A stretch of DNA of 64,000 nt from Thermodesulfobacteriota bacterium (lineage in GTDB: Bacteria; Desulfobacterota_D; UBA1144; Nemesobacterales; JAJCZQ01). A program made the position numbers and the translations under genes. Location: contig OZ244044.1 in the NCBI GenBank assembly GCA_965215275.1, forward strand, positions 768,001-832,000, given 5' to 3'. Positions 52,995 through 64,000 of this stretch are shown piece by piece; the stretch's first letter is position 1, and every line of letters begins with the position of its first letter. The notes beneath the pieces are model-generated. The model ran no database searches. It saw only the letters and a list, made by a program, of their open reading frames with translations, and had not been told where the DNA came from.

Positions 52995-55900
52995 ATGACA
53001 ACAAAGTTCTTTACCAATAAAGACGGCAACACCCTGCTGGAAAAGTTTAAAGGGGCTTTCGAGTATAATCCCCATATCAGGGAATTCGATGTCTTGGTCG
53101 CCTATTTCTACTCATCTGGTTATTTCAAGGTCCAGCCTTTCCTGAAAAACGTTCCGAAGGTCCGCATCCTTGTTGGCATTGACTTAGATATCATGACCGT
53201 CAAATACAGAAACCAGGGATTGAAATTCTCAGGTGCCAGTCCAGAAGAAATCGCACAGGATTATCTAAAGGCACTTCGGCAGGAAATAGACGATGCAGAC
53301 TATTCCGAGGAAACTGAAGAAAGCATTCGTCAGTTCATTAAGGGATGCTGCCAGGGGAAAATACAGATCAGGGCACACCCCTCCCGTAAACTGCACGCTA
53401 AGATATATATTCTACGACCTGAAAACTTCAACTCCCACAATATGGGTGAAGTTATCACCGGTTCGTCTAACCTGAGCGAAGCAGGTCTTGGAGTGGCACA
53501 CAATGCAAAAAATTACGAGTTCAACGTCTCACTCAGGGACTACGAAGATGTGAAGTTTGCCACCGAAGAGTTTGAAACGCTCTGGCGGGAGGGTGAGGAA
53601 ATTTCCTCAGACGCAATACAGGAAACCCAGAACAAAACATTCCTTAAAGATGAATTTACCCCATTTGAACTTTATATAAAGATGCTGATCGAATACTTTG
53701 GCAGCGAAATTGAGTTCAACCCGGACAACATTAAAGACCTGCCGGGCAACTTCAAACGGCTTACCTACCAGCTGGATGCAATGAACCAAGGTTATGAAAT
53801 ACTAAAAAAGCACAATGGTCTTTTTCTAGCCGATGTGGTCGGTTTGGGAAAAACCATCGTAGCGATACTGATAGCCAGAAGATATTTTCTTTTCCACCGT
53901 CCACCTGAACGCATACCCCGGATGTTAATCATCATTCCGCCTGCACTCAAAAGCCAATGGAAGGAAACCGTAGAGCAGTTCAGAATGCGCGATCAAGTTC
54001 ATGTGAAAATCATGACCAACGGCAGTCTGCATAAAGTAGAAAATCCCGAAGACTACGATTTGATCATCGTGGATGAGGCACACAAGTTCAGGAACGATTC
54101 CACGATCGGCTATGAAAATTTACAAAAGATATGTAAGACTCCCTGCCAAAGCGGCGAGAAAAATAAAAAGGTTATCCTGATGTCCGCAACACCTCTCAAC
54201 AATCGCCCCGATGACATCTACAATCAGGTACTCCTGTTTCAGGATGCCAACAACAGCACACTGGGCATCCCCCTCGGTGACTTCTTTAGCAGGATAAACA
54301 GACGATACAACGAGATTATAAGTAAAAATGCAAGATATTCTACCTCCGAAAAAACCGCCGAGCTATACACCGAAGTGCGGAACAAGGTAATTGAACCATT
54401 GACCGTCCGCCGCACACGTACCGACCTTATGAACCACGAACTTTACAAAAAAGACTTGGAAAAGCAGGGATTCACGCTCCCAAAGTTAAGCGAACCTCAA
54501 AAACTTCTCTACCCGCTGGAAGGTTCCCTCAACGAACTATACAACAAGACCGTAAAGTTGATCACGAACGACATGCAATACATCCGCTACCGTGCCATAG
54601 AGTTTATTAAAACAGAAGAACACGCACGGAATTACAAGAGACCCGAATTCATATCTGCACAGCTTGTGGGGATTATGAAAACACTATTAATAAAAAGATT
54701 GGATAGCAGTTTTTATGCTTTTCACTGCACATTGAAACGTTTTGTCCGTGCTTCCGAGGCAATGCTCAAGATGATAGATAACGATCGCATTTGCATCGCC
54801 CCCGATCATAAGGTGGAAGAATACATTATGGAAGATAAGGAAGATGAACTGCTGCAAAAACTGGCTGAAGACCAAGATACTGATCCGAGAATCAAAATAC
54901 TGAAAAAATCTGATTTCAAAGATGATTTTACAGAAGAACTGAAAAAGGACCATTACATCCTAACTAATCTGGAAAAAGAGTGGGGAAAGATAATTCAAAT
55001 CGGGATCGACCCTAAACTGCAAAAATTTTTCTCCGTGCTGAATAAAAAACTCCTGCTAAAAAGTTACAATCCAGAACAGAAACTGGTCATCTTTTCAGAA
55101 TCACAGGAAACCACCGAATATCTGAAGGACAAACTAATCAGCGCAGGTCGCCGAGATGTCCTTGCTGTCAGTTCCATAAACAGAGGAGAACTTCAGAAAA
55201 AGATTAGATACAACTTTGACGCTGATGTTTCCATTGGACAACAGCGTTCCGAATACAACATCATTGTAACCACAGAGGTGTTGGCAGAAGGGGTGAATCT
55301 TCATCGCTCTAACGTTATCCTTAACTACGATACCCCTTGGAACGCCACGCGGCTTATGCAGCGCATCGGGCGCATCAATCGTATCAGCACAAAAGCCGAC
55401 GAAATATATGTTTACAATTTTTTTCCAACAGAAAATGTGGAAAACGACATTCAGCTTAAAAAGCGTGCAATAATCAAACTGCAGGCGTTCCACTCTGCCC
55501 TTGGTGAAGACTCTCAGATATATTCAACCGACGAGCAGGTGGAAAGTTTTGGCCTGTTTGACAAAAATCCTCAAGCTGATAATGAAAGTAGTGAACGCCT
55601 GAAATACCTGATGGAGATTCGCAAGTTCAAAGAAGAATCTCCCGACGAGTTCAGGCGTATCAAAAATCTGCCTCCAAAAATTCGCAACGCAGTAAAAAAT
55701 CCTGAAAGACGTGGCGGTACCTTATCCTACCTGCGAGATAAACAGCATCATGCTTTCTACCAAGTAAATCAAAACGAGGAACTTAAGGAACTGAGCTTTC
55801 TGGAAGCAGCACCTATCCTTAAATGCGACCCAAGCACCAAGACACTTCCCTTGCATAAAGAACATCACAAGCAGGTAAAACAAGCGCTAGAGCACTTTAG

Positions 55901-56270
55901 TAAAGCAGGCGAAACAAAAATTGTACTGGAGCAACAGAAACCAAACTTGAGGCCACATCAGAACCGTGCCATAAATTATGTCAAGGCGAAGCAAAATTAT
56001 CAGCACATCAGAGAAGAAGAAAAACAGAAATTGGGGTCTGCTATTGAAATTATTAAAAGAGGAAAATTCCAAGCCCTGCCGCGAGACATAAACAACTTGC
56101 AAAACAGCACTAAAAATCAAAATCTAAAAACCACTGACTTACTGGAACGCCTTTTGAAGATCATTGACAAATACCCATTGGGTTTAGAACTCGAACTTGA
56201 TTCAGAAGAATCCATCAAAAAACCAGCAGAAAATATGCCAAGAGTTATCATCGCACAGTCTTACATATAG
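52995..56270 (+). CDS. PLD-nuclease / SF2 (SNF2-like) helicase fusion
   Basis: HAKIY..GSSNLS (PLD), DVVGLGKT, DEAH, SATP, QRIGRINR. Confidence 0.9.
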   Translation: MTTKFFTNKDGNTLLEKFKGAFEYNPHIREFDVLVAYFYSSGYFKVQPFLKNVPKVRILVGIDLDIMTVKYRNQGLKFSGASPEEIAQDYLKALRQEIDDADYSEETEESIRQFIKGCCQGKIQIRAHPSRKLHAKIYILRPENFNSHNMGEVITGSSNLSEAGLGVAHNAKNYEFNVSLRDYEDVKFATEEFETLWREGEEISSDAIQETQNKTFLKDEFTPFELYIKMLIEYFGSEIEFNPDNIKDLPGNFKRLTYQLDAMNQGYEILKKHNGLFLADVVGLGKTIVAILIARRYFLFHRPPERIPRMLIIIPPALKSQWKETVEQFRMRDQVHVKIMTNGSLHKVENPEDYDLIIVDEAHKFRNDSTIGYENLQKICKTPCQSGEKNKKVILMSATPLNNRPDDIYNQVLLFQDANNSTLGIPLGDFFSRINRRYNEIISKNARYSTSEKTAELYTEVRNKVIEPLTVRRTRTDLMNHELYKKDLEKQGFTLPKLSEPQKLLYPLEGSLNELYNKTVKLITNDMQYIRYRAIEFIKTEEHARNYKRPEFISAQLVGIMKTLLIKRLDSSFYAFHCTLKRFVRASEAMLKMIDNDRICIAPDHKVEEYIMEDKEDELLQKLAEDQDTDPRIKILKKSDFKDDFTEELKKDHYILTNLEKEWGKIIQIGIDPKLQKFFSVLNKKLLLKSYNPEQKLVIFSESQETTEYLKDKLISAGRRDVLAVSSINRGELQKKIRYNFDADVSIGQQRSEYNIIVTTEVLAEGVNLHRSNVILNYDTPWNATRLMQRIGRINRISTKADEIYVYNFFPTENVENDIQLKKRAIIKLQAFHSALGEDSQIYSTDEQVESFGLFDKNPQADNESSERLKYLMEIRKFKEESPDEFRRIKNLPPKIRNAVKNPERRGGTLSYLRDKQHHAFYQVNQNEELKELSFLEAAPILKCDPSTKTLPLHKEHHKQVKQALEHFSKAGETKIVLEQQKPNLRPHQNRAINYVKAKQNYQHIREEEKQKLGSAIEIIKRGKFQALPRDINNLQNSTKNQNLKTTDLLERLLKIIDKYPLGLELELDSEESIKKPAENMPRVIIAQSYI

Positions 56271-56292
56271 GGGAATTTATAAGTTAAAATCC

Positions 56293-59200
56293 ATGAAAGA
56301 ACAATTCAAAAACCTATTCAAGCAGCCGTACAACCGTAGGCATTGGATAAAAATGCTGCAACAACTATTCACCCCCCCCCGCAGATATTTTCATCACCAT
56401 CTGTCATTGAGAACTATGCTGTCAAAGAATTTCACCAACTTGGAACCATAACTCTTGCCGATAGAAAAAAGCTCGGCATCTACGAAATAAAAACCAAATC
56501 TAAAACGCGCATATCTCGCAACCGCGTTCGGATGCGCCACATAGTCGCAAAGGAGTGTCGTAAGAACTCAGAAGATGGAGCTCTTGCCGTTTATTACCAC
56601 GATGATGAAAACCTTTGGCGCTTCAGTTTCATCAGCATGGAATACAAAATAGATGGTGGAAGAGTCATCAGGGAAGAAAGTTCACCAAAACGATACACTT
56701 ATCTGCTTGGTAAAAGTGCCCGAATCCGCACCGCCATAGATCGTTTCAGTCAACTTGCAGAAGAAAATGCTACATTAGAAAACCTTAAAACTGCCTTTGG
56801 TGTGGAACAACTGAACAAGGAGTTTTACAAAAAGCTGTTTGATTGGTACACAAAGGCAAAGGATAGTGTAGTTTTTCCCAACGATACAGTGGAAGAAGAC
56901 AATCGGTCCATAAGTCTGATACGCCTACTCACCCGGTTATTGTTCATCTGGTTCATCAAGGAAAAGGGGCTGATAAATCCTGATTTTTTTGACGAGAACA
57001 AAGTCCGCCAACTCATTTTTTGGAACAAGGACAGCAGCTACTACAAGGCTATCCTACAAAATCTGTTCTTCGCCACACTCAATCGTGAGATCAATGAACG
57101 GAGATTTTGCGCCACCAACTGTTTTGTTACCAATGCTTACCGCTATAAAAACCTGTTCTCAGAACCGGATGAAAAACGGATAATCAACCTATTCAAGCAA
57201 ACCCCTTTTCTAAACGGTGGACTGTTTGAATGTTTGGATAGAAATGCCACCAATGAGGAACAACACTATGATATGGACAAAATCATTATAGGGGAACGTC
57301 AATTAATATGTATTGACAGCTTTTCGGACAGAGAAGACAATCCCCTTCATGTACCGAATGAACTTTTCTTCAATAATGACGATGAATCTCCGGGACTAAT
57401 AAATCTGCTTAAACAATACCAGTTTACTGTGGAGGAAAGCACTCCAATAGATGTAGCCGTTGCCCTAGACCCTGAACTCCTCGGACTGGTTTTTGAAAAA
57501 CTGCTTGATGATCATAACCTGGAAACTAAAGAGTCTACTCGTAGAGAGACCGGTTCCTACTACACCCCTCGAGAAATAGTCAACTACATGGTAGATGAAA
57601 GTCTTAAAGCATATCTTACCCAAACAGTTCCACCCCACGATAGCGACATTGATTTTTACCGTGAATGTCTGGATGAGTTGTTTGTTGCCTCATCTAAAAC
57701 CGATGAAATTACAGGGGAAAACGGAAGAGATTTAATATATAAAGAAGAAATACCAAAATTGATTGAAGCAATCAAAAAAATAAAAATATTAGACCCCGCT
57801 GTTGGTAGTGGTGCCTTTCCCATGGGCGTATTACATCGTTTGGTGTCTTTGCTTAATTTACTTGATCCTAACAGAGAAAATGACTTCGAACGCAAGCTAT
57901 ATCTGATAGAGAACGCCATTTACGGAGTGGATATTCAACTCATAGCCATTCACATTGTCAAACTGCGTTTCTTTATCTCGCTTGTTATAGAACAGGAGCC
58001 AACGCGTAACCCAGCAGAAAACTACGGAATCAAACCCCTACCAAATCTGGAAACCAAATTCACTTGTGCCGACAGCCTGATAGGTTTATACAAACCCAAG
58101 CAACTTAATTTAGAAAATCCAGATATCTCTCAGCGGAAGAAAGAGCTAAAATACATCCGCCAAAAATACTTCACTGCCAAAACCATAAAAACCAAACAAG
58201 AATATAAAGAAAGAGATAAAACACTGAGGAACAAGCTCGCTGGGTTACTGAGAGAAGATGGCTGGAAAAATGATACAACTGAACTTATAGCCAAATGGGA
58301 TCCTTATGACCAAAACTCCAGTGCCCGCTGGTTCGATGCCGAACACATGTTTGGTATTGAAGACAGTTTTGATTTGGTAATTGGCAATCCACCTTATGTG
58401 CAATTGCAGAAAAACAGTGGTAAACTCGGAAATCTCTACCAAAACGCCGGTTACAAAACCTTCAACCGTACGGGCGACATTTACCAATTGTTTTACGAAA
58501 AGGGATGCAAAATGTTGAAAAACAATGCCCACCTTTGCTATATTACCTCTAACAAGTGGATGGGGACAGTATACGGTAAAAAAACCCGTAACTATTTTGC
58601 AACAGAAACAAACCCTATCAAACTGCTGGACTTTAACGGTTGTCAAGTCTTTGAGAATGCGACCGTGGACACTAACATTCTTCTAATCCAAAAAGCAAAA
58701 CCAAAAAACGAACTTCAGGCAACGAGGTTTAAAAATGATTTTAAAAAAGATGACAGCATTAAGCAGTATGTGGAGAGAAATGCTGTATCAATCACTGTCT
58801 CGGACGATACTTGGGTTATTGGCAGTTCTACAGAGTTGAATATTATAAAAAAGTTAAAACGCATTGGTATTCGTCTGAGTAATTGGGAAATATCTATTAA
58901 GAGCGGCATCAAAACTGGTTACAATGATGCTTTCATCATTAATACTGACACTAAAGATAAACTAGTTGCTGAAGATCCTAACTCCGCCGATATTATTAAA
59001 CCCGTTTTGAGGGGTGAGAACATTAAGAGGTATCGTGTACAATGGACAGGAGAGTGGTTGATTAGTACTCATAACGGTTACAACAACATCCCTGCTGTTA
59101 ATATCAATGATTATCCTGCCGTTAAAAATCACCTAGATAAGTTTTACCATCAACTCGCCAAACGACAAGATAAGGGAAAGACACTTTATAACTTGCGCAA

Positions 59201-59630
59201 TTGCACCTACTACGAAAAATTCACTAAGGAAAAATTATTTTTTCCGGATATAGCTGATAAGGGACGTTTTACCTACGACAATAGTAATTTATATGGTGAT
59301 GTTTCAACGCTTCTGATGACCGGGAATTCTCTTAAGTATCTCTGCGCTGTCTTGAATGCAAAGTTAATAAGTTGGTTTTTCCATAACAACAATCCGGGAC
59401 TGGGTTCAAGTCTTAGGTGGAGAAAAAAGTATATGGAGGACATCCCCATTCCTCAAATCTCCAACTTGGAGCAGCAACCCTTCATAAAACTGGTAGAAAA
59501 AATTCTGAAAACCAAAACTTTCAAACCCGAAGCGGACACCAGCAAACAAGAAGCAGAAATAGACCAGTTGGTTTACAAGTTGTATAAATTAACAGAAGTA
59601 GAAATAAGAACCATTGAGAAGAAAGAATGA
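56293..59630 (+). CDS. Eco57I/Type IIG-like N6-adenine MTase with TaqI-C-like specificity region; out of frame at a C9 tract
   Basis: GSYYTP, DPAVGSGAF, GNPPYV; ATG 56293 (MKEQFKNLF) is out of frame with the main ORF across C9 at 56372-56380. Confidence 0.85.
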
Positions 59631-60119
59631 ACGAAATTGCCATCTGCTCAATTGCCGAGTTTCACAAAAAACTGCAAAAACATAAGAAATTTGACAAAAT
59701 GCTAATGTCTTGCCCTTTCAGGATCCATTTTAGAAAAATTAGCAATTTCTTCTAATGTTTCTTTAGGTCTATAGTAAAACCATCTCTTGCAGTATTAATT
59801 ACTGAAGTTTTAATATAAATATAGGGAACTATATGCTTTGTTCACCAAAGTTATTATTTAGTTTTTTTCTCAAGGATTTCTCCTCGCTTTTTAACAGATT
59901 CAGCATTAGGTATGAATATAGCTTTAGCTACCTAATTTATCGTTGATAGTATATTAGAAATAAATCTATATTGTATAAGTTATCTTTTTTTCCTGTCATT
60001 TTATGTACAGATTGCTGATTTTTTCTTTATGTATAGCTAATTTGGGAATTGTATAACCACCATGTTCAACGCGTTAGCAAAAAATCTCATTTAAATTCCC
60101 CTTTTTCCTTGAGCAAAGT

Positions 60120-60578
60120 TCATAACTCTAAAAATTTCCACTCATCCGTACGCTTATAACTTAAATCTATATCTAATTGATTTGCTGCCCAATTATTAAG
60201 TTTGTTTATAAGATCTGGGTTATAAACAAATTCCTTATGGACTCCTAATTCCTTAAATATTACCTTCGTAATTCGTTCACGCGCCCTTGCACCGTTAAAA
60301 ACCACTCCGTTGCATTTAAATGCTCGACCAGTATAGTTCCTGTAATCCAGTATTTTTCTAAGTTTCCTATAATTCATTTCTTTGTATCCAACAAATTTGC
60401 CAATTCCAAATTGAGAGGTGTCAGTGTCATAAACCCAATTATGTTTTCCTGATTTAAAGTAATTACTTTTCATATATCCCCTAAATTCTAAATTATCTTC
60501 TGCCTCTTCATTTAATGTTACAATATTATCCTTAATATCCTGTATTGTTGACACAAAATATAAATCGGGCTTTTGCAT
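60120..60578 (-). CDS. Hypothetical protein
   Basis: 152 aa with AAGGAG RBS; passenger of the IS1595 element. Confidence 0.6.
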   Translation of the reverse strand: MQKPDLYFVSTIQDIKDNIVTLNEEAEDNLEFRGYMKSNYFKSGKHNWVYDTDTSQFGIGKFVGYKEMNYRKLRKILDYRNYTGRAFKCNGVVFNGARARERITKVIFKELGVHKEFVYNPDLINKLNNWAANQLDIDLSYKRTDEWKFLEL

Positions 60579-60748
60579 GTTGTATACTCCTTTACTATTG
60601 AATTTTTTTGTTTTTTACTTTTATAGGTTTGTTGATAAAAATAATTCGGGTTTTGCCCATGTTTATCCTTCGTCGGTTATTGTAACATAAGAAAATTAAA
60701 ATAACTATTCTTGACTTAAGTTAGAATAAAGAGTAGTATTCTATAACG

Positions 60749-62216
60749 ATGCAAGGTTCTATCCCCCCCCCCCCCAGAAAATCGCACACTTTATGCAGAC
60801 GATTGTCTGAATGTCCTGAACGATACGTCAAAATTTCCTGATGAGTGTATAGATTTAATCTATTTAGACCCACCATTTAATTCAAACCAAACTTACAACT
60901 TGCCTTTTAAGAGGAAACTAAAGGAGGTTAAACCAGTTGAAGTATTTAAAGATACTTGGACTTGGGGACAAGAAGAAGATGAGATGTTAGAAGGTTTTAA
61001 AAGCAGTAGTAATCCGAATGTAAAAAAGTTGGCGGATTTGGTCTTTCTTGCTCGGTCAATAAACGATGAAAGAACTAAAACAAGAAGTGCAGCTGCTTAT
61101 TTGTGTAACATGGCTATCAGACTTCTATCAATGAAACGAGTATTAAAAAATACGGGAAGTATTTATCTCCATTGTGACCCTACTATGAGCCATTATTTGA
61201 AATTGTCGTTGGATTTGATATTTGGTAGAAAAAATTTTAGAGATGAGATTGCATGGCATTATCCAAGTATGAGCAAGAGATTGTCTGGCTTTCCTAAAAA
61301 ACATGACACAATATTCCGATACACAATGAGTGATAATTATATTTTTAATTATAAAAATATCTTAATACCTTATGCAAAAAGTACAGTAAATAGATCAAAA
61401 TACGGAGGTGCAGGTTTTAAAAGAAAAGAAGGATATTCTAACTATCTTGTGAGAGAAGGTAAAATACCCGATTCAGTATGGAACATTCCACATATTAAAA
61501 GTAAAAATGAACACTTAGGCTACCCTACACAAAAGCCTCTGAAACTACTTGAACGAATAATCAAGGCAAGTAGTAATGAAGGTGATTTAGTTCTTGATCC
61601 TTTTTGTGGATGTGGAACTGCTGTTCATGCTGCAGAAGATCAAAAGAGAAACTGGATAGGGATAGATATATCAAAGTTCTCTACTGGACTTATAAGTGAG
61701 CGTATCTGTAACAATTTTCCTAAATTGCAGAGTAGTGATATAAGAATTTTTAATGTTCCTGACAATTTACAGAGTGCCAGAAACTTAGCAAAACAAGACC
61801 CGTTTGAGTTCGAGAAATGGGTATGTGGGGAGATCGGTGCTCATGGCATGTTCCGTGAACCAGGAAGGAAAGGATCAGACGGTGGGGTTGACGGCATTAT
61901 TGACTTTGGATTGTTTAAGGGGCTTAATAAACTTAGTAAAGGTTATGCTATCGTTCAAGTTAAAGGTGGAAAAGTAACTCCAGATTCAGTTAGAGCATTA
62001 TATCAGACTGTAAAATTTTTTGGTGCAACAGCAGGGGTTTTTGTTTGTTTTAATGAATATATGAACACAGTTGAAAACAACAGAAACAAAGATACTTACA
62101 ACGACCTGACAGGAATATACCCCTTAATTCAAGGATTCAGTGTAGAAGACTTGCTTGCAAAGAAAAAACCTAATCTACCACCACTTGTGATTAGAGAAAA
62201 CGCATTGTTTACTTGA
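60749..62216 (+). CDS. Beta-class DNA MTase fused to an Mrr-like endonuclease domain; out of frame at a C13 tract
   Basis: In-frame upstream extension ENRTLYADDCL..DLIYLDPPFNS contains the catalytic DPPF; YPTQKP, DPFCGCGT; C-terminal DGGVDG..VQVKGG; ATG 60749 is out of frame across C13 (60763-60775). Confidence 0.85.
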
Positions 62217-62222
62217 TAGAGT

Positions 62223-62540
62223 TTACTGTACTAATTCCTTATATGTAATCCTCTTCCCATCTAACCCGTTAACTACATTCTCAATTTGGTTTATTATCGG
62301 TAATGGTCTGCTGTCGTGCCTTCCAACATGCTCATCAACATAGCGTTGCAGGTGCTTTTTGCTCATATAGTGGTATGTTCCAATATATCCTCTTTTTAAC
62401 ATAGACCAAAAACTTTCTATCTCGTTGGCATGAACTTGACCTTTAATGTACTCACCTACTCAATGATTTACAGATTCATGCCTATATAACTTCTTATTCA
62501 ACCCAATATATCCTAAATTCTAATCCGTATAAATTGTGTC
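62223..62540 (-). pseudogene. IS1595-family (ISXO2-like) transposase, C-terminal remnant
   Basis: IYTD*...HESVNH*VGEYIKGQVHANEIESFWSMLKRGYIGTYHYMSKKHLQRYVDE...GKRITYKEL; two in-frame stops. Confidence 0.9.
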
Positions 62541-62578
62541 AAGCAATCTTTATAAGTCTCTGAATTTTTTTGAAGTGT

Positions 62579-62956
62579 CTATTCTCCTTCATTATCTTCC
62601 TCTTCTTCCTCCTCATTTTCACCATTCTCTTCCTCTTCTTCTCCAAACAACTCGTCGACTTTGCATTTGGCTTTGCCTTTCACTTCGTCAGTTATACATT
62701 CAACAACTGTTTTGACAGCTAAACCTAAAACCACAAGATCATCTGATAAACCAACAATTGGTATAACATCTGGAACGACATCTACGGGAGAAATGAAGTA
62801 ACCAAGTGCACCAATTATGATAGTTTTTGCCCAACGTGGTGTTACATTGGTCATGGCAGTTTTTGCTTCAGGAGACTGAAGTGCGTAATAAAGTTGAAGA
62901 GCCAATTCTACACACTTTCTTACAATCTTGATTGCGCCTTTTTTTAGCTTACTCAA
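62579..62956 (-). CDS. YkvA / DUF1232 family membrane protein
   Basis: ALGYFISPVDVVPDVIPIVGLSDD. Confidence 0.85.
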   Translation of the reverse strand: MSKLKKGAIKIVRKCVELALQLYYALQSPEAKTAMTNVTPRWAKTIIIGALGYFISPVDVVPDVIPIVGLSDDLVVLGLAVKTVVECITDEVKGKAKCKVDELFGEEEEENGENEEEEEEDNEGE

Positions 62957-63169
62957 AAACCTTTTTCGGAGTTATTTTCATCGGTCATAATTATTCTCCA
63001 TTGTGTAAAATATGGAAAATAATATACTTTGAGCAATCAAGAAAAGCCAACAGAGACTTTATCTCTGTATACCCAGCTACCTTGTGTATTCTACTCTTAA
63101 AACTGTATTTCCTTTTCCGCCAGCTTGTCTGGGTTGGATAACAATATTAATATCTTGTCGGTTTCTTGA

Positions 63170-63502
63170 TTAGTTATATTCATTCAATAAATCTTTTAAA
63201 ATTGGATAATCAATTTCCTCTCTGGCATGACCATCACAAGAAGTATTATAGATGTGTTTAAGGTATTTTAAGCACTGGAATTTTTCCATAGATAGTATGT
63301 AAACTAACAAGATAGATTTTTTATTATACCATCTGTCTAAAATATAATACTGCCAAACACAACTTATATTATATAGAAAATGGTTTATGAAAAACCAAGT
63401 TTTGGGCAACATTGTATATAATCCGCAAATCAAAATTTTGATGCCTTGGCCGGCTACTTCCACACCCACTTCAACAGAAAAGGAAATAGATAACAACAAC
63501 AA
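63170..63502 (-). CDS. Hypothetical protein; possibly the frameshifted continuation of the J-domain gene
   Basis: Overlaps the J-domain ORF end by 32 bp in another frame. Confidence 0.3.
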   Translation of the reverse strand: MLLLSISFSVEVGVEVAGQGIKILICGLYTMLPKTWFFINHFLYNISCVWQYYILDRWYNKKSILLVYILSMEKFQCLKYLKHIYNTSCDGHAREEIDYPILKDLLNEYN

Positions 63503-63947
63503 AAAGGCAGCCTATTAGGACAATTAATGAAAGGTAGCCTATTAGAACAATTAATACCTTACCAATGATAACTGCTACAAGGTAAAGAAGAGGGAGAAGA
63601 AATAAAAATTTTAGGAATCTGAAGAGGTTGGAACCATCCATTGATTCATCAGTATTGGACCCAGACGGATCTCTGGGCTCTGCAGTTTGGTTGAAATCAT
63701 CCGTCGATTCATTAGTGTTGGACCCAGAATCAGATCTTGAAAATAAACTATCATATTGAGCACGTTTGTTCTCATCGCTCAATATTTGATAGGCTTCATT
63801 TATCTTTTTGAACCTTTCCAAAGCAGAATCATCGCCGGGATTTCTATCAGGATGGAACTTAAAAGCAAGTCTTATATACTGCTTTCTTACCTCATACAAA
63901 CTGGCACTTCTGTCAATACCGAGAACTTCATAATAATCTCTGGTCAC
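63471..63947 (-). CDS. J-domain (DnaJ-like) membrane protein
   Basis: DYYEVLG...HPDRN...[10 protein letters not shown]; hydrophobic C-terminus. Confidence 0.85.
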   Translation of the reverse strand: MTRDYYEVLGIDRSASLYEVRKQYIRLAFKFHPDRNPGDDSALERFKKINEAYQILSDENKRAQYDSLFSRSDSGSNTNESTDDFNQTAEPRDPSGSNTDESMDGSNLFRFLKFLFLLPLLYLVAVIIGKVLIVLIGYLSLIVLIGCLFVVVIYFLFC

Positions 63948-64000
63948 TATTTAACTCCAGAAGGTTAATTAAAACCATAAATCAGTTTTAGGTTCAGCAA

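Larger units (their letters stand above)
59824..62560 (-). mobile_element. Decayed IS1595-family transporter element with passenger genes
   Basis: TIR GGGAACTATATGCTTTGTTCACCAAAG at 59824; transposase remnant 62223-62540; weak possible opposite end at 62545-62560 (rc GAGACTTATAAAG). Confidence 0.65.

Overview
Bacterial chromosomal window. GC-richer housekeeping blocks (thiC; pilD, CDC48-like AAA, recF; tsaD, coaX; guaB-guaA; mltG, proB; tRNA-Pro; two tRNA-Gly) alternate with visibly AT-richer accessory blocks rich in restriction-modification and candidate defence genes. Gene content and the furin-like GlyGly-Cys-anchored subtilases suggest a Dadabacteria/Desulfobacterota-like host-associated bacterium, but this is inference only. 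Main observations from reading the sequence: (1) Four cassettes carry related IS1595-type ends (GGGA-C/A/T-TATATAC...). Their cargoes are an intact TnpB with a large N-terminal insertion, a Type II R-M pair, an EcoRII-like REase with a Dcm-Vsr fusion (this cassette splits an older tnpB), and an MTase-Mrr fusion beside a dead IS1595 transposase. Each has a related micro-ORF next to one end. (2) Three accessory genes are out of frame at 5' poly-C tracts (possible phase variation), and a MoxR AAA-vWA pair is joined by a -1 shift in an A9 run. (3) A ThsB-like TIR operon lacks ThsA and has two uncharacterised partners. (4) A ParB-nuclease-C5-MTase operon lies between an active subtilase and a catalytically dead paralogue. 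No CRISPR array or rRNA was seen. Homopolymer frameshifts could be assembly errors and need read-level checking.
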